Sequence record: MG592456.1
Strand: one strand, 5' to 3'
Length of the DNA: 64,000 nucleotides
Positions 41,948 through 51,178 of this stretch are shown here, one piece after another (the stretch's first letter is position 1; every line of letters starts with the position of its first letter). A program made the position numbers and the translations under genes. The notes beneath the pieces were generated by a model, which was not told the DNA's origin, searched no databases, and saw only the letters and a list, made by a program, of their open reading frames with translations.

Positions 41948-42219
41948 GCATATTAACGCCGCACAATGATACATTGATAACTATGGCTAGACTTGTGTTT
42001 GAACAGTCAGAGTTGAACTTTCTTGATGCATCGTTCAGTGTAAGTGACGAAGAAATCGTTGTTCAAGTGCATGATGATGAAAAAGGCACTCGCTACATAT
42101 ATGAGAGAGTTTCTATTGCGAAGTTGGTGGCAAGTTACATCGGGTTGGGTTTAGTTACAGACCTTGATGCCAACGACGCAGTAACAACTGGTCATCGGCT
42201 TGGCAATACAGGTAGATAG
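41944..42219 (+). CDS. Hypothetical protein
   Basis: Coupled to regB. Confidence 0.65.
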   Translation: MSILTPHNDTLITMARLVFEQSELNFLDASFSVSDEEIVVQVHDDEKGTRYIYERVSIAKLVASYIGLGLVTDLDANDAVTTGHRLGNTGR

Positions 42220-42246
42220 AAAAAGCAGCCTTTCGGCTGCTTTTTT
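42220..42246. terminator. Bidirectional terminator between convergent genes
   Basis: A-run GCAGCC-tttc-GGCTGC T-run. Confidence 0.85.
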
Positions 42247-42327
42247 AGGTTCGAGTATCGAGCGCATTCACATCAAGCTTTCTGAGCGCCGACTGTAGTG
42301 TCTTGAAATCAACATCAACAAATAGAT

Positions 42328-43563
42328 TCATATTCTGTAAATCTCCACTTGTGATCCCGCGTAAATAGTGACAGTCGCGTCAGAGCCGGAAGGGCCATAA
42401 TCGAATGAGATCACGTCACCTGCAACTAAATCCAATCGATGTAAGTAGCTTGAGTTCTGCACGTTGGCTCTATCTTTCACTTCATGTTTCACTTCTTGTC
42501 CGATATCAATGCCATTTAGTTTCATAGCCGAGTGATAAAACCTGTTAGTCTCGTCAATTAGCCAGTATATTGTCGCTGCTAATCGATAAGTACCCGATTG
42601 AGCAATCGTCTGTGTGAACAGATTAGTCGGACTTATTTGATAATCAATGCTACTCGACACATTCGTCGGGATTGTGATTAGATAGTCGTCAAGAATCGCT
42701 TCAGTTGTGTGATATTGATAATTCGACACCGGGAAAATGACATTGTCAACCCCGATCGTGAATACGAAAAAGTTTACAAGTTCACCGTCTCGTACCGTAA
42801 ACAACTGTGACCCATCAGAGAATTGAAACGCGGGATTTGTAACTGATAGAGCTACGTCGACTGTGTTTTGCGTATTGTCAATCCCGAACACATCACCGTT
42901 GAATACACGGGCGTTACTGACATCACCGATTGTAATTGTTCCCGTGACATCTGTCGTTATCAGTAGTGTTGATTCTGGATCAACATTCACGACGGGATCA
43001 TTCCCAGTGACTGTCGAAACATTGGTGTAATCAGTCACTGCGATTCGAGTCTGGTCGGCTGAATAATCCGATACCAACTGAGAACGGTCACGAGAAATAT
43101 CAAGAACTGGATCAGGTTTGTTGAGAATATATGCTGGTGACAGGCTGTCAGTGATATCCCAATCTGATTGTGCAATTGCCGGTTTGTTTTTGATGAAACT
43201 CGGCTGTGTTATGTCAGTGACATCCCAATCAGATTGTGGGAATACAACCCAATCTGTGTCACGTCGGACGTACGATTCGCCGTCTTCGGGTGCCTCTTCA
43301 GTAACCGCCGTCCACATGCCATTGCTAATCCCATAAACTTTAAAATCAAGTGGGAGTGGTGGGATGGTAGAGTCGCCTGGGATGTTTTCAACCCACGTGT
43401 TGTCTTTTCGGAGATAGCTTGCGCCATCAGCAGGCGCATCTAGTTGAATGGGGATTTCCAGCCATGACGCATTGATACGTCCATACAAGATAGCATCAAT
43501 TGGTGCTTCCAGTATGTAGTCTGGTAAGACCGGGTTCCCTCCCGGTAGATCAATAGAACTCAT
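42328..43563 (-). CDS. Virion fibre/whisker-like protein with four foldon-like repeats
   Basis: EAPIDAILYGR..ASW, DAPADGASYLRKDNTWV, PPLPLDFKVYG...MW, EAPEDGESYVRRDTDWV; 2x QSDW...I.NKP; C-terminal jelly-roll-like domain. Confidence 0.65.
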   Translation of the reverse strand: MSSIDLPGGNPVLPDYILEAPIDAILYGRINASWLEIPIQLDAPADGASYLRKDNTWVENIPGDSTIPPLPLDFKVYGISNGMWTAVTEEAPEDGESYVRRDTDWVVFPQSDWDVTDITQPSFIKNKPAIAQSDWDITDSLSPAYILNKPDPVLDISRDRSQLVSDYSADQTRIAVTDYTNVSTVTGNDPVVNVDPESTLLITTDVTGTITIGDVSNARVFNGDVFGIDNTQNTVDVALSVTNPAFQFSDGSQLFTVRDGELVNFFVFTIGVDNVIFPVSNYQYHTTEAILDDYLITIPTNVSSSIDYQISPTNLFTQTIAQSGTYRLAATIYWLIDETNRFYHSAMKLNGIDIGQEVKHEVKDRANVQNSSYLHRLDLVAGDVISFDYGPSGSDATVTIYAGSQVEIYRI

Positions 43564-43578
43564 GAAGTTCTCCTTTCC

Positions 43579-43914
43579 TTAGTATACTAAAATGAATCCC
43601 TTTACTGATTTAACCCATATGCGTAAGCTTGAGTTGAACAGATTTCCTTGCGATTCGTAGTGCCCGTTGTGATAAACCGTAATAAAGTCTTGATCGAACG
43701 TCGGTAGTGGGTCATCTGGATCTGCATCTACATGCTTTTCGTTCCATCTGCCCCCGAATGCGAATTGTACTGCGTCGAATTGAGCCAAAATGGAAAAATA
43801 ATTTGAGTCTCTTGAATCCTGAGTTGAGTTTAAGTCAAAATACCATTCGCCTGCTGGGATGAAAACTGATCTGCGGCTACGCTTGGCAATCAAATCGATT
43901 TTTGTGAATGCCAT
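43579..43914 (-). CDS. Hypothetical late protein
   Basis: GATAAATA on the minus strand at 43945-43952; co-oriented with the fibre gene. Confidence 0.65.
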   Translation of the reverse strand: MAFTKIDLIAKRSRRSVFIPAGEWYFDLNSTQDSRDSNYFSILAQFDAVQFAFGGRWNEKHVDADPDDPLPTFDQDFITVYHNGHYESQGNLFNSSLRIWVKSVKGFILVY

Positions 43915-44045
43915 ATCATTTTTACCTATTTAGTTTAATACTCGTATTTATCAATGTAAAATGCACACATCGGAATGCACATTGATTCGGATAGTGTGAT
44001 CTGAGTCAATAAATAGAAAACAATTAACACAACAGGGAAAAATCG

Positions 44046-46271
44046 ATGCTTGTACTGAAATCTTCTGGGATAACGGAAGAATATGATGAATCTAAACTGG
44101 CGCGAGTGTTAAACTTCTCCGTCGAAAATACTAGTGTATCTGCTAGTCAACTATTATCACGAATTAAAACACAATTACACGACGGGATGTCCAGCAAAGA
44201 CATTCAACGTGCAGTCATTAAAATAGCCGCTGATAGCATTTCAGTGGAAGAGCCTGACTATCAATACGTCGCTGCTCGAAATGCTATGTACGCACTTCGC
44301 AAAGACGTATACGACCAATTCGATCCTATTCGGTTCGAGCAATTAATCAAACGCAACACCGCACGTGGCATTTACGATCCTGAGATATTAGAGAAGTGGA
44401 CGTCGGAAGAAATCGCAATGCTTGAACAGCATATCGACCACGACCGCGATTTTAAATTCGCATACGCAGGCGTGATGCAATTTAAAGAAAAATACTTGTG
44501 TAAGAATCGCGGGACGGGTGAGATTTACGAAACACCTCAGTACGCATACATGTTAATTGCGATGTGCTTACACCAAGATGAGCAGAACGATCGAATCCGT
44601 CACGTTCTGAACTTTTATAACGCAGTTTCAAATCAGAAAATATCTCTACCGACTCCGATCATGTCTGGTGTTCGTACACCGACACGCCAATTCAGTTCAT
44701 GTGTGCTGATTGAATCCGGCGACTCACTTGATTCGGTCAATGCAACATCAGCAGCGATCATCAAATATATCAGCAAACGGGCAGGTATTGGTGTGAATGG
44801 TGGTGGTATTCGCGCGGAAGGCTCTGTTGTTCGTGCTGGCGAGATTCGACACACTGGCGTTATCCCGTTCTGGAAACACTTTCAAACTGCGGTTAAGTCT
44901 TGTTCTCAAGGTGGCGTTCGTGGTGGTGCAGCAACATTAACATACCCGTTGTGGCATTTAGAAGTTGAAAAGCTTCTTGTGTTGAAGAACAACAAAGGCG
45001 TTGAAGAGAATCGCATCCGTCACCTAGACTACAGCGTATCGATTAGTCGATTGATGATGCAGAGATTGGCAAGCAATGAATACATTTCATTGTTTAGTCC
45101 AGACGAATGTGGCGGTAAGTTATATGCAGCTTACTATGATGACCCAGCCGAATTCGAACGTTTGTATCTTGAATTAGAATCAGATCCGAGCATTCGCAAA
45201 AAGCGCATCAAGGCAACTGAATTATTCAGCATGTTCTGTCAAGAACGCGCAGGTACAGGTCGTGTATATCCGATATTCTGTGACAACATGAATGCACAAA
45301 CGCCATACATCGAGCCGATTCGTCAATCGAATTTGTGTCTTGAAATTGCGTTACCGACTACACCGATGGGTGAGCCGATGGAAGAAATCGCGTTGTGTAC
45401 ACTTGCTGCATACAACATGGGTGAAATTGACTCGCCTGACGAATTCAGAACCCTCGCTCCGATTGTTGTTCGTGCTTTAGATAACTTGCTTGATTATCAA
45501 GACTACGCGGTATCGGCAGCCGAAAAAGCTAAATTACGTCGTTCACTTGGTATTGGGATCACGAACTTTGCATATTTCTTAGCTAAGAATTTCGTCGGTT
45601 ACGATGAATCGGCAAAATACATTGTTCATGAATGGATGGAAGCAATGTCTTTCTACAACATTCAAGCATCGTGTTTTCTTGCAAAAGAACGTGGGACTAA
45701 TGCATGGCATCACAAGACTCGTTGGAGTCAAGGCAAGCTACCGATTGATTGGTACAATACGAATGTTGATAAGCTAATCACCCCGCGATACAAAATGAAC
45801 TGGGAAGCGTTACGAGCCGACGTCGAACAGTACGGTATGCGCAACGACACAACATCAGCGTTTATGCCATGCGAAAGCAGCAGCCAGATCAGCAACAGCA
45901 CTAACGGAATTGAACCACCACGTGCTCTCGTATCTGTCAAAGCTTCGAAAGATGGTGTATTCAATCAAGTCGTACCTGAAGTTGACTTACTTAAAGATGA
46001 ATACGGGCTGTATTGGGATGTCGTCAAGAAAGATAATTACGGTTATTTGACACTTGTTGCAATCATGCAAAAGTTCGTTGATCAGGCTATATCGGCAAAC
46101 GCGGGTTACGACCCAGAGACATTCCCTGACGGTAAAATCCCTATGGAACGTTTATTCGAAGAGCTTGCATTCTGTAGTCACTACGGGATTAAGACTCTAT
46201 ATTACTCCAATATGAGAGACGGTGCAGATGGCACTGAAGACGATGAATCATGCGAAGGGTGCAAAGTTTAA
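44046..46271 (+). CDS. nrdA: Ribonucleotide reductase class Ia alpha subunit
   Basis: ATP cone, ISLPTPIMSG.RT, SSC.LI, QSNLCLEI, C.LAA, MPCESSSQISNSTNGIEP, C-terminal CxxC. Confidence 0.98.
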   Translation: MLVLKSSGITEEYDESKLARVLNFSVENTSVSASQLLSRIKTQLHDGMSSKDIQRAVIKIAADSISVEEPDYQYVAARNAMYALRKDVYDQFDPIRFEQLIKRNTARGIYDPEILEKWTSEEIAMLEQHIDHDRDFKFAYAGVMQFKEKYLCKNRGTGEIYETPQYAYMLIAMCLHQDEQNDRIRHVLNFYNAVSNQKISLPTPIMSGVRTPTRQFSSCVLIESGDSLDSVNATSAAIIKYISKRAGIGVNGGGIRAEGSVVRAGEIRHTGVIPFWKHFQTAVKSCSQGGVRGGAATLTYPLWHLEVEKLLVLKNNKGVEENRIRHLDYSVSISRLMMQRLASNEYISLFSPDECGGKLYAAYYDDPAEFERLYLELESDPSIRKKRIKATELFSMFCQERAGTGRVYPIFCDNMNAQTPYIEPIRQSNLCLEIALPTTPMGEPMEEIALCTLAAYNMGEIDSPDEFRTLAPIVVRALDNLLDYQDYAVSAAEKAKLRRSLGIGITNFAYFLAKNFVGYDESAKYIVHEWMEAMSFYNIQASCFLAKERGTNAWHHKTRWSQGKLPIDWYNTNVDKLITPRYKMNWEALRADVEQYGMRNDTTSAFMPCESSSQISNSTNGIEPPRALVSVKASKDGVFNQVVPEVDLLKDEYGLYWDVVKKDNYGYLTLVAIMQKFVDQAISANAGYDPETFPDGKIPMERLFEELAFCSHYGIKTLYYSNMRDGADGTEDDESCEGCKV

Positions 46272-47392
46272 TGAAAACAATTTTTAACACTGACAAGGTT
46301 GATCACTTAGATCAACCGCTATTCTTGGGTCAAGACCCGAATATCTCTCGTTTCGAGACAACAAAACACTCAGTTTTCGAAAAACTGACTGAAAAGCAGC
46401 TTTCATTTTTCTGGCGACCTGAAGAAGTCGACTTGACCGCCGATGCGCAAGAATTTAATCGTATGCCAGAGCATTGGCAGCACGTTTTCACGCAGAACTT
46501 GAAATATCAAACGCTGTTAGATTCAGTTCAGGGCAGAGCACCGAACGTCGCGCTTCTGCCTATCTGTAGTGATATTTCTCTTGAGAACTGGATCACGACA
46601 TGGGCTTTCAGTGAAACTATTCACAGCCGTTCGTACACGCACATAATGCGAAATCTATATACAGATCCTAGTGCAGTTTTTGATGATATCATGCTTGATG
46701 ATAATATCATGAGCCGAGCACAGGCAGTCACGAAGCATTATGACCGATTGATTGCTGAAACACAGAAGCTTGATCACTTACGCACGCTAGACATTGACGA
46801 AGCTATCCCGCTTATGCAAGAAACTGCCGTCAAAGAAGCACTTTATTTGTGTATGCACGCAATTAACGCGCTAGAAGCTATTCGCTTTTATGTTTCGTTT
46901 GCGTGTACGTTCAACTTTGCCGAGCAAGGGTTCATGGAAGGCAACGCCAAAGTAATGAAGCTGATTGCACGTGATGAACAGTTGCACTTGAAAGGCACAC
47001 AAGCGATTATCTCACTTTGGCAGAACTACAAAGACGACCCTGACATGGCTCGGATTTCTGAGGCATTACAGCCGCAAGCTGAACAAATCTTCATCGATGT
47101 AGCTGAACAAGAAAAAGACTGGGCAACGACATTATTTGCTAAAGGCACAGTACCTGGGTTAAACACTGAAATTCTATGCGATTACGTTGAATACTTGACG
47201 AATACACGCATGGCATCAGCGGGGTTGAATAGCCCATATGAAAAACGCGCTCATCCGTTACCATGGATTCGAAAGTGGTTGAACAGTGATGCAGTGCAAG
47301 TAGCCCCACAAGAAGTAGAAGTGAGTTCGTATCTTGTTGGTCAAATAAACTCAACAGTACGTCCTGAATTTTTGAAAACATTAGAGGTGTAA
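46271..47392 (+). CDS. nrdB: Ribonucleotide reductase class Ia beta subunit
   Basis: FFWRPEEVD, LDSVQGR, ETIHSRSY, LEAIRFY, IARDEQLH, VAPQEVE.SSY. Confidence 0.98.
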   Translation: MKTIFNTDKVDHLDQPLFLGQDPNISRFETTKHSVFEKLTEKQLSFFWRPEEVDLTADAQEFNRMPEHWQHVFTQNLKYQTLLDSVQGRAPNVALLPICSDISLENWITTWAFSETIHSRSYTHIMRNLYTDPSAVFDDIMLDDNIMSRAQAVTKHYDRLIAETQKLDHLRTLDIDEAIPLMQETAVKEALYLCMHAINALEAIRFYVSFACTFNFAEQGFMEGNAKVMKLIARDEQLHLKGTQAIISLWQNYKDDPDMARISEALQPQAEQIFIDVAEQEKDWATTLFAKGTVPGLNTEILCDYVEYLTNTRMASAGLNSPYEKRAHPLPWIRKWLNSDAVQVAPQEVEVSSYLVGQINSTVRPEFLKTLEV

Positions 47393-47393
47393 T

Positions 47394-47687
47394 TTGCTAG
47401 AAATATTTGGTTGGGATGAAAGTGATTTTCGATGTGTCCCATGCTTAAAAGCAAAACGTTTGGCAGAATCTCGCGGGTTGATATTCGATTTCATCCCGTT
47501 AGCCAAAGAAAAAATCACAGAACAACACGCTCAGAATCGCAGTGACTTGGAAACAAGAATGATCGCTAACGGTAAAGCGTTAGAAACGCTACCGCAAGTG
47601 TTCTTCAATGGGAACTTGATTGGCGGGTTTGATGACTTCAAAGCCAGTATCCATGAATTAGAAAAGCGTAGATGGGAAAATAAATAA
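47394..47687 (+). CDS. nrdC: Glutaredoxin/thioredoxin (T4 NrdC-like)
   Basis: CVPC..AKRL, TLPQVF, IGGFDD; TTG start. Confidence 0.9.
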   Translation: MLEIFGWDESDFRCVPCLKAKRLAESRGLIFDFIPLAKEKITEQHAQNRSDLETRMIANGKALETLPQVFFNGNLIGGFDDFKASIHELEKRRWENK

Positions 47688-47690
47688 ACA

Positions 47691-47727
47691 AAAAGGGTTG
47701 ACTTCGGTCAGCCCTTTTTCATATAAT
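47691..47727 (+). terminator. Terminator overlapping a promoter (TTGACT...TATAAT)
   Basis: GGGTTGAC-TTCG-GTCAGCCC followed by a T-run; TATAAT at 47722-47727. Confidence 0.8.
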
Positions 47728-47750
47728 GTCGATTCTAAAAGGAGGGTTAT

Positions 47751-48320
47751 ATGAAACGACTGTTTGTTATATTTGCATTACTCATCATGAGTTCGACTGC
47801 GACTGCGGGCATTCAAGAATGTAAATTCAAAAGTGAATTTAGTGATATGCAGTGGTATAATATACGCGATGTGTTTGCTCAGGCATGGTCTGCTGATCTA
47901 AGTTGGACAATGTCTGCGATTATAATCGCGGAATCAAGTGCAGGGTCATACACAATCAATCACCGAACCCAAGATTACGGTATTATGCAGAATAATATCA
48001 AAACAGCCACGACGAGACTCAAAGAATGGGAAAAGGATGGTCGGGATTTTGGGCCATATGATCTCGATAGTCAAGAAGATGTTCGTGGATTATTGCTGTT
48101 GAATCGTGATATCAGCATCAAACTTGCAATAGAAGAAATCAATTTCTGGAAGAAAGTGCGTGGAGAGCATCAGTGGAATGAGATTTTTGCTAGCTATAAT
48201 GGGGGGTATTATCACGATACACCGCGTCATGAGCGAAGTGAATCGTACTCTCAGAAAATCGTATCAATTATCCGCAAGCTAAAACCTTGCGCATCACTAC
48301 TAACAAAAGGACTATTCTAA
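47751..48320 (+). CDS. vs.1: Secreted SLT-like transglycosylase (T4 Vs.1-like)
   Basis: Signal peptide; AIIIAESSAG, YGIMQN, E..FW, ASYNGG...Y..K. Confidence 0.8.
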   Translation: MKRLFVIFALLIMSSTATAGIQECKFKSEFSDMQWYNIRDVFAQAWSADLSWTMSAIIIAESSAGSYTINHRTQDYGIMQNNIKTATTRLKEWEKDGRDFGPYDLDSQEDVRGLLLLNRDISIKLAIEEINFWKKVRGEHQWNEIFASYNGGYYHDTPRHERSESYSQKIVSIIRKLKPCASLLTKGLF

Positions 48321-48493
48321 TGTCATATTTATTTTCGGGGCTCATTGTATACATGAATCCATGGCTACTGCGCTTGTTTTGCATTATTGGGTGGCATACT
48401 TGGGTATACAAAAAAGGACAGCATCGCCAGTGTAAGCACTGCAAGAAGAGTCAAAGCCAAATTAGAGTCGGAAATCACCAAGATTGGCAATAA
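48320..48493 (+). CDS. Small Cys/His Zn-binding protein
   Basis: LFC.IGWHTW...CKHC. Confidence 0.6.
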   Translation: MSYLFSGLIVYMNPWLLRLFCIIGWHTWVYKKGQHRQCKHCKKSQSQIRVGNHQDWQ

Positions 48494-48517
48494 ATGCAAA
48501 AAATTTCTCAAAAGTGG

Positions 48518-48593
48518 TTGCACTTGAATTCGATAATGCCTATTATAGCTTCATCGAAACGACATCGACAATTACTAAGAGAACATTAATATG
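48518..48593 (+). promoter_or_regulatory. Early promoter/leader module copy 14
   Basis: TTGCAC-17-TATTAT then AGCTTCATCGAAAC...AGAGAACATTAATATG. Confidence 0.85.
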
Positions 48594-49598
48594 CAAGCAA
48601 TCATTCAAAACGCACTTTACCGCAACACTGAAATTAACGGCACATTTCAATTAATCGAAAAATGCTGGAATAGCGCAGATGCTGCTCCGAAAACTGCACG
48701 CATGAAAATCATGTTAGATGGTAAGATTCGCACAATTCGTGTGAATAAAGAAGACGTGCAGTATGTTGATGAAATGTCACCAATGTCTAACCCAGTTGAA
48801 GCATTTGTTGCACCTGCTGTAACTGAAACGAAAGACGATATTGCAAAACGCATCACAGAATCGTTCGAAGCACTTGACATCTTCACGACGGGCGTTATAG
48901 GGTCTCACGTGCAGTCAATGATTGTTTCTGGCGCAGCGGGTGTTGGTAAGACTTACAACATAGACCGAGATTTACAGAAAGCCGCAGCTCAAGGTGTGAT
49001 TAGCAAGTATGTACGCCTAGCAGGTCGCTGTACTGGTGTTGGTCTGTTCACCAAACTATGGGAATGTCGAGCTGCTGGTTCAGTGCTACTTCTAGATGAT
49101 GTTGACGTGTTCAAAGATGAAGACCAAGTCAACTTGCTTAAAGCTGCGTGTGATACGGGCGAAGAGCGTTGGGTTTCTTGGTTATCTGCGTCAAGCTACT
49201 TCGAAGAAAATGGAATTGATCAAGAATTTGAATTCAAAGGCACGATCGTGTTCATTACAAACCGTGACTTTGACCGCGAAATTGATGCAAACACCAAGAT
49301 GTCTGCTCACTTTTCAGCGCTTATTTCACGTACCATCTACCTTGATTTGGGTGTTCACACGAAAGAAGAGATCATGATTCGTATCAATCAGGTCATAGCG
49401 AATACTAACATGATGCAAGACATCGGATTGAATGACTCACAAATCGAGGTGCTGATGACATGGTTAGACGATAATTTATTCGCACTGCGCTGTGTTTCAC
49501 TTCGAACGTGTTTACACATCGCAAATATGATGCTAACATCGCCGACTAAATGGGAAATGCTTGCCAAGTCGACTATGTTTTCACAGAAACGTAAATAG
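48591..49598 (+). CDS. AAA+ ATPase with a small N-terminal domain
   Basis: Walker A GAAGVGKT, Walker B LLLDDVD, sensor VFITN, SR. Confidence 0.9.
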   Translation: MQAIIQNALYRNTEINGTFQLIEKCWNSADAAPKTARMKIMLDGKIRTIRVNKEDVQYVDEMSPMSNPVEAFVAPAVTETKDDIAKRITESFEALDIFTTGVIGSHVQSMIVSGAAGVGKTYNIDRDLQKAAAQGVISKYVRLAGRCTGVGLFTKLWECRAAGSVLLLDDVDVFKDEDQVNLLKAACDTGEERWVSWLSASSYFEENGIDQEFEFKGTIVFITNRDFDREIDANTKMSAHFSALISRTIYLDLGVHTKEEIMIRINQVIANTNMMQDIGLNDSQIEVLMTWLDDNLFALRCVSLRTCLHIANMMLTSPTKWEMLAKSTMFSQKRK

Positions 49599-49607
49599 AC
49601 TCTTTAC

Positions 49608-49628
49608 GGGGCTTTCGAGCCCCTTTTT
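49608..49628 (+). terminator. Intrinsic terminator
   Basis: GGGGCT-TTCG-AGCCCC followed by a T-run. Confidence 0.85.
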
Positions 49629-49642
49629 ATATTGAGGAATAT

Positions 49643-50929
49643 ATGCAACGTACATTAACAGAAATTATTAACGACGAAGCGTTAGAATACGCTATGTATA
49701 CCATCGAAAATCGTGCAATGGCTAACGGAATCGACGGACTGAAGCCGGTTCAGCGCTTCGTGCTTTACAACGTCTTAAAAGACGCTCGTACATCGTTTGA
49801 TAAAGTTGCGGCACTTGGTAGCTCCGTGTCTAAAATCGGCTACAACCACGGCGAGACGTCGGCACAAGACGCATTAGCCCTTATGGCTGCGGAATGGAAA
49901 ACGAATTATCCGATTGTTCGTGGTCGCGGGAATTTCGGTTCGAGAATGGTTCAAGAATCTGCAAGCGCTCGTTACGTATATGCCAAACTGCACGAAGATT
50001 TCGACAAGATGTTCAAAGACATTGAAATGTCACCTGAACACAAAGACGTCGAGCACATACCACCGCAGTTTTACGTCCCTGTATTGCCGATGATTCTAAT
50101 GAACGGTGTTACGGGTATTGCAACTGGATTCGCGTGCAACATTTTACCGCATGATCCGACGTGGGTTAAACGAGCCGTTGCTGAATATCTCAGTGGCAAA
50201 GAAATCAGCGAACCAGTAGTTCAATTTCCTGCGTTCGATGGTAAAGTCGTTAAGACAGATCACGGCAAGTATGATCAAGTTGGGAAAGTTGAAATCTCAG
50301 GGCTGACGGCTGTCGTCACTGAAATCCCGACCGCATTCGACCATAGCAAATATTGTGCAATGCTTGACAAGCTAGTCGATGATGCTAAAATTAGCAGCTA
50401 CGTTGATGAAACAAGCGAGACGTTTCAATTTCGCGTGCGGTTCCGTCGTGGTGCTAAAATGCAACCAGAAAACGTCGTGAAAGTATTGAAATTGAAAAGC
50501 AGCTTTACGCAAAACTTAAACGTTATCGACGAGAACTACAGAATTCGTCATTTTGACGACGTGAGAGACATTGTGAAGTGGTTTGTCGACTATAGACTAT
50601 CATTCTTACCCAAACGTATTAAAGCCGCGCAGAAGAGCACTAGCAAGCGTGTATCGCTAGCGTCTGCAAAGGTTTCGTTTATTAAAGACGTTGTTGAATC
50701 AAAAATCGTGTTATTTGGCAAAACCCGTGCAGTTGTATCGAACGAATTGAAAGAAATCGAGCTATATAAACCGTACGTCACTGAGTTGCTTTCGATGTCA
50801 GTCGACAAAATGACTGATGATGAAATCGCACGACTTGAAAAAGACGCGATTGCAGCAGCATCCGAACTTGAGTATTGGAATTCAACGTCACCGAAAAAAG
50901 AGTTTATCAAAGACATAAAGGCACTATAA
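49643..50929 (+). CDS. 52: DNA topoisomerase II medium subunit (T4 gp52-like)
   Basis: YAMYTIENRA...DGLKPVQR, YNHGETS, GRGNFGS, ASARY (catalytic Tyr), NGVTGIATGF. Confidence 0.95.
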   Translation: MQRTLTEIINDEALEYAMYTIENRAMANGIDGLKPVQRFVLYNVLKDARTSFDKVAALGSSVSKIGYNHGETSAQDALALMAAEWKTNYPIVRGRGNFGSRMVQESASARYVYAKLHEDFDKMFKDIEMSPEHKDVEHIPPQFYVPVLPMILMNGVTGIATGFACNILPHDPTWVKRAVAEYLSGKEISEPVVQFPAFDGKVVKTDHGKYDQVGKVEISGLTAVVTEIPTAFDHSKYCAMLDKLVDDAKISSYVDETSETFQFRVRFRRGAKMQPENVVKVLKLKSSFTQNLNVIDENYRIRHFDDVRDIVKWFVDYRLSFLPKRIKAAQKSTSKRVSLASAKVSFIKDVVESKIVLFGKTRAVVSNELKEIELYKPYVTELLSMSVDKMTDDEIARLEKDAIAAASELEYWNSTSPKKEFIKDIKAL

Positions 50930-51171
50930 TGAATATCATCGTTGACAACGGCTTAATACAAGCGAATGATCAAGCAACACTATTTGGTGACGAAGACGTC
51001 ATTCACGTCGAGTCGACGGTGACTCTTACCGAGCTTGTGTGTAATCTTGGTCTATACAAATCAAAATCCCAAGCAAGACAATCTGGTCGAGTCGGTTCAA
51101 TTCCGACTGGCTGGTCTGTATTCAAAGGCAATAAGAAAACACACTTGTACGTGTGGAATCCAACAGAATAG
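50929..51171 (+). CDS. Small S4-like RNA-binding protein
   Basis: LTELVCNLGLYKSKSQARQ.G...IP.GW resembles the S4/TyrRS C-terminal motif. Confidence 0.55.
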   Translation: MNIIVDNGLIQANDQATLFGDEDVIHVESTVTLTELVCNLGLYKSKSQARQSGRVGSIPTGWSVFKGNKKTHLYVWNPTE

Positions 51172-51178
51172 GTTAATT

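Noticed and set aside
44046-47392. Introns, inteins or homing endonucleases in nrdA/nrdB
   Set aside because: Both frames are continuous and of normal length; no GIY-YIG, HNH or LAGLIDADG motifs seen
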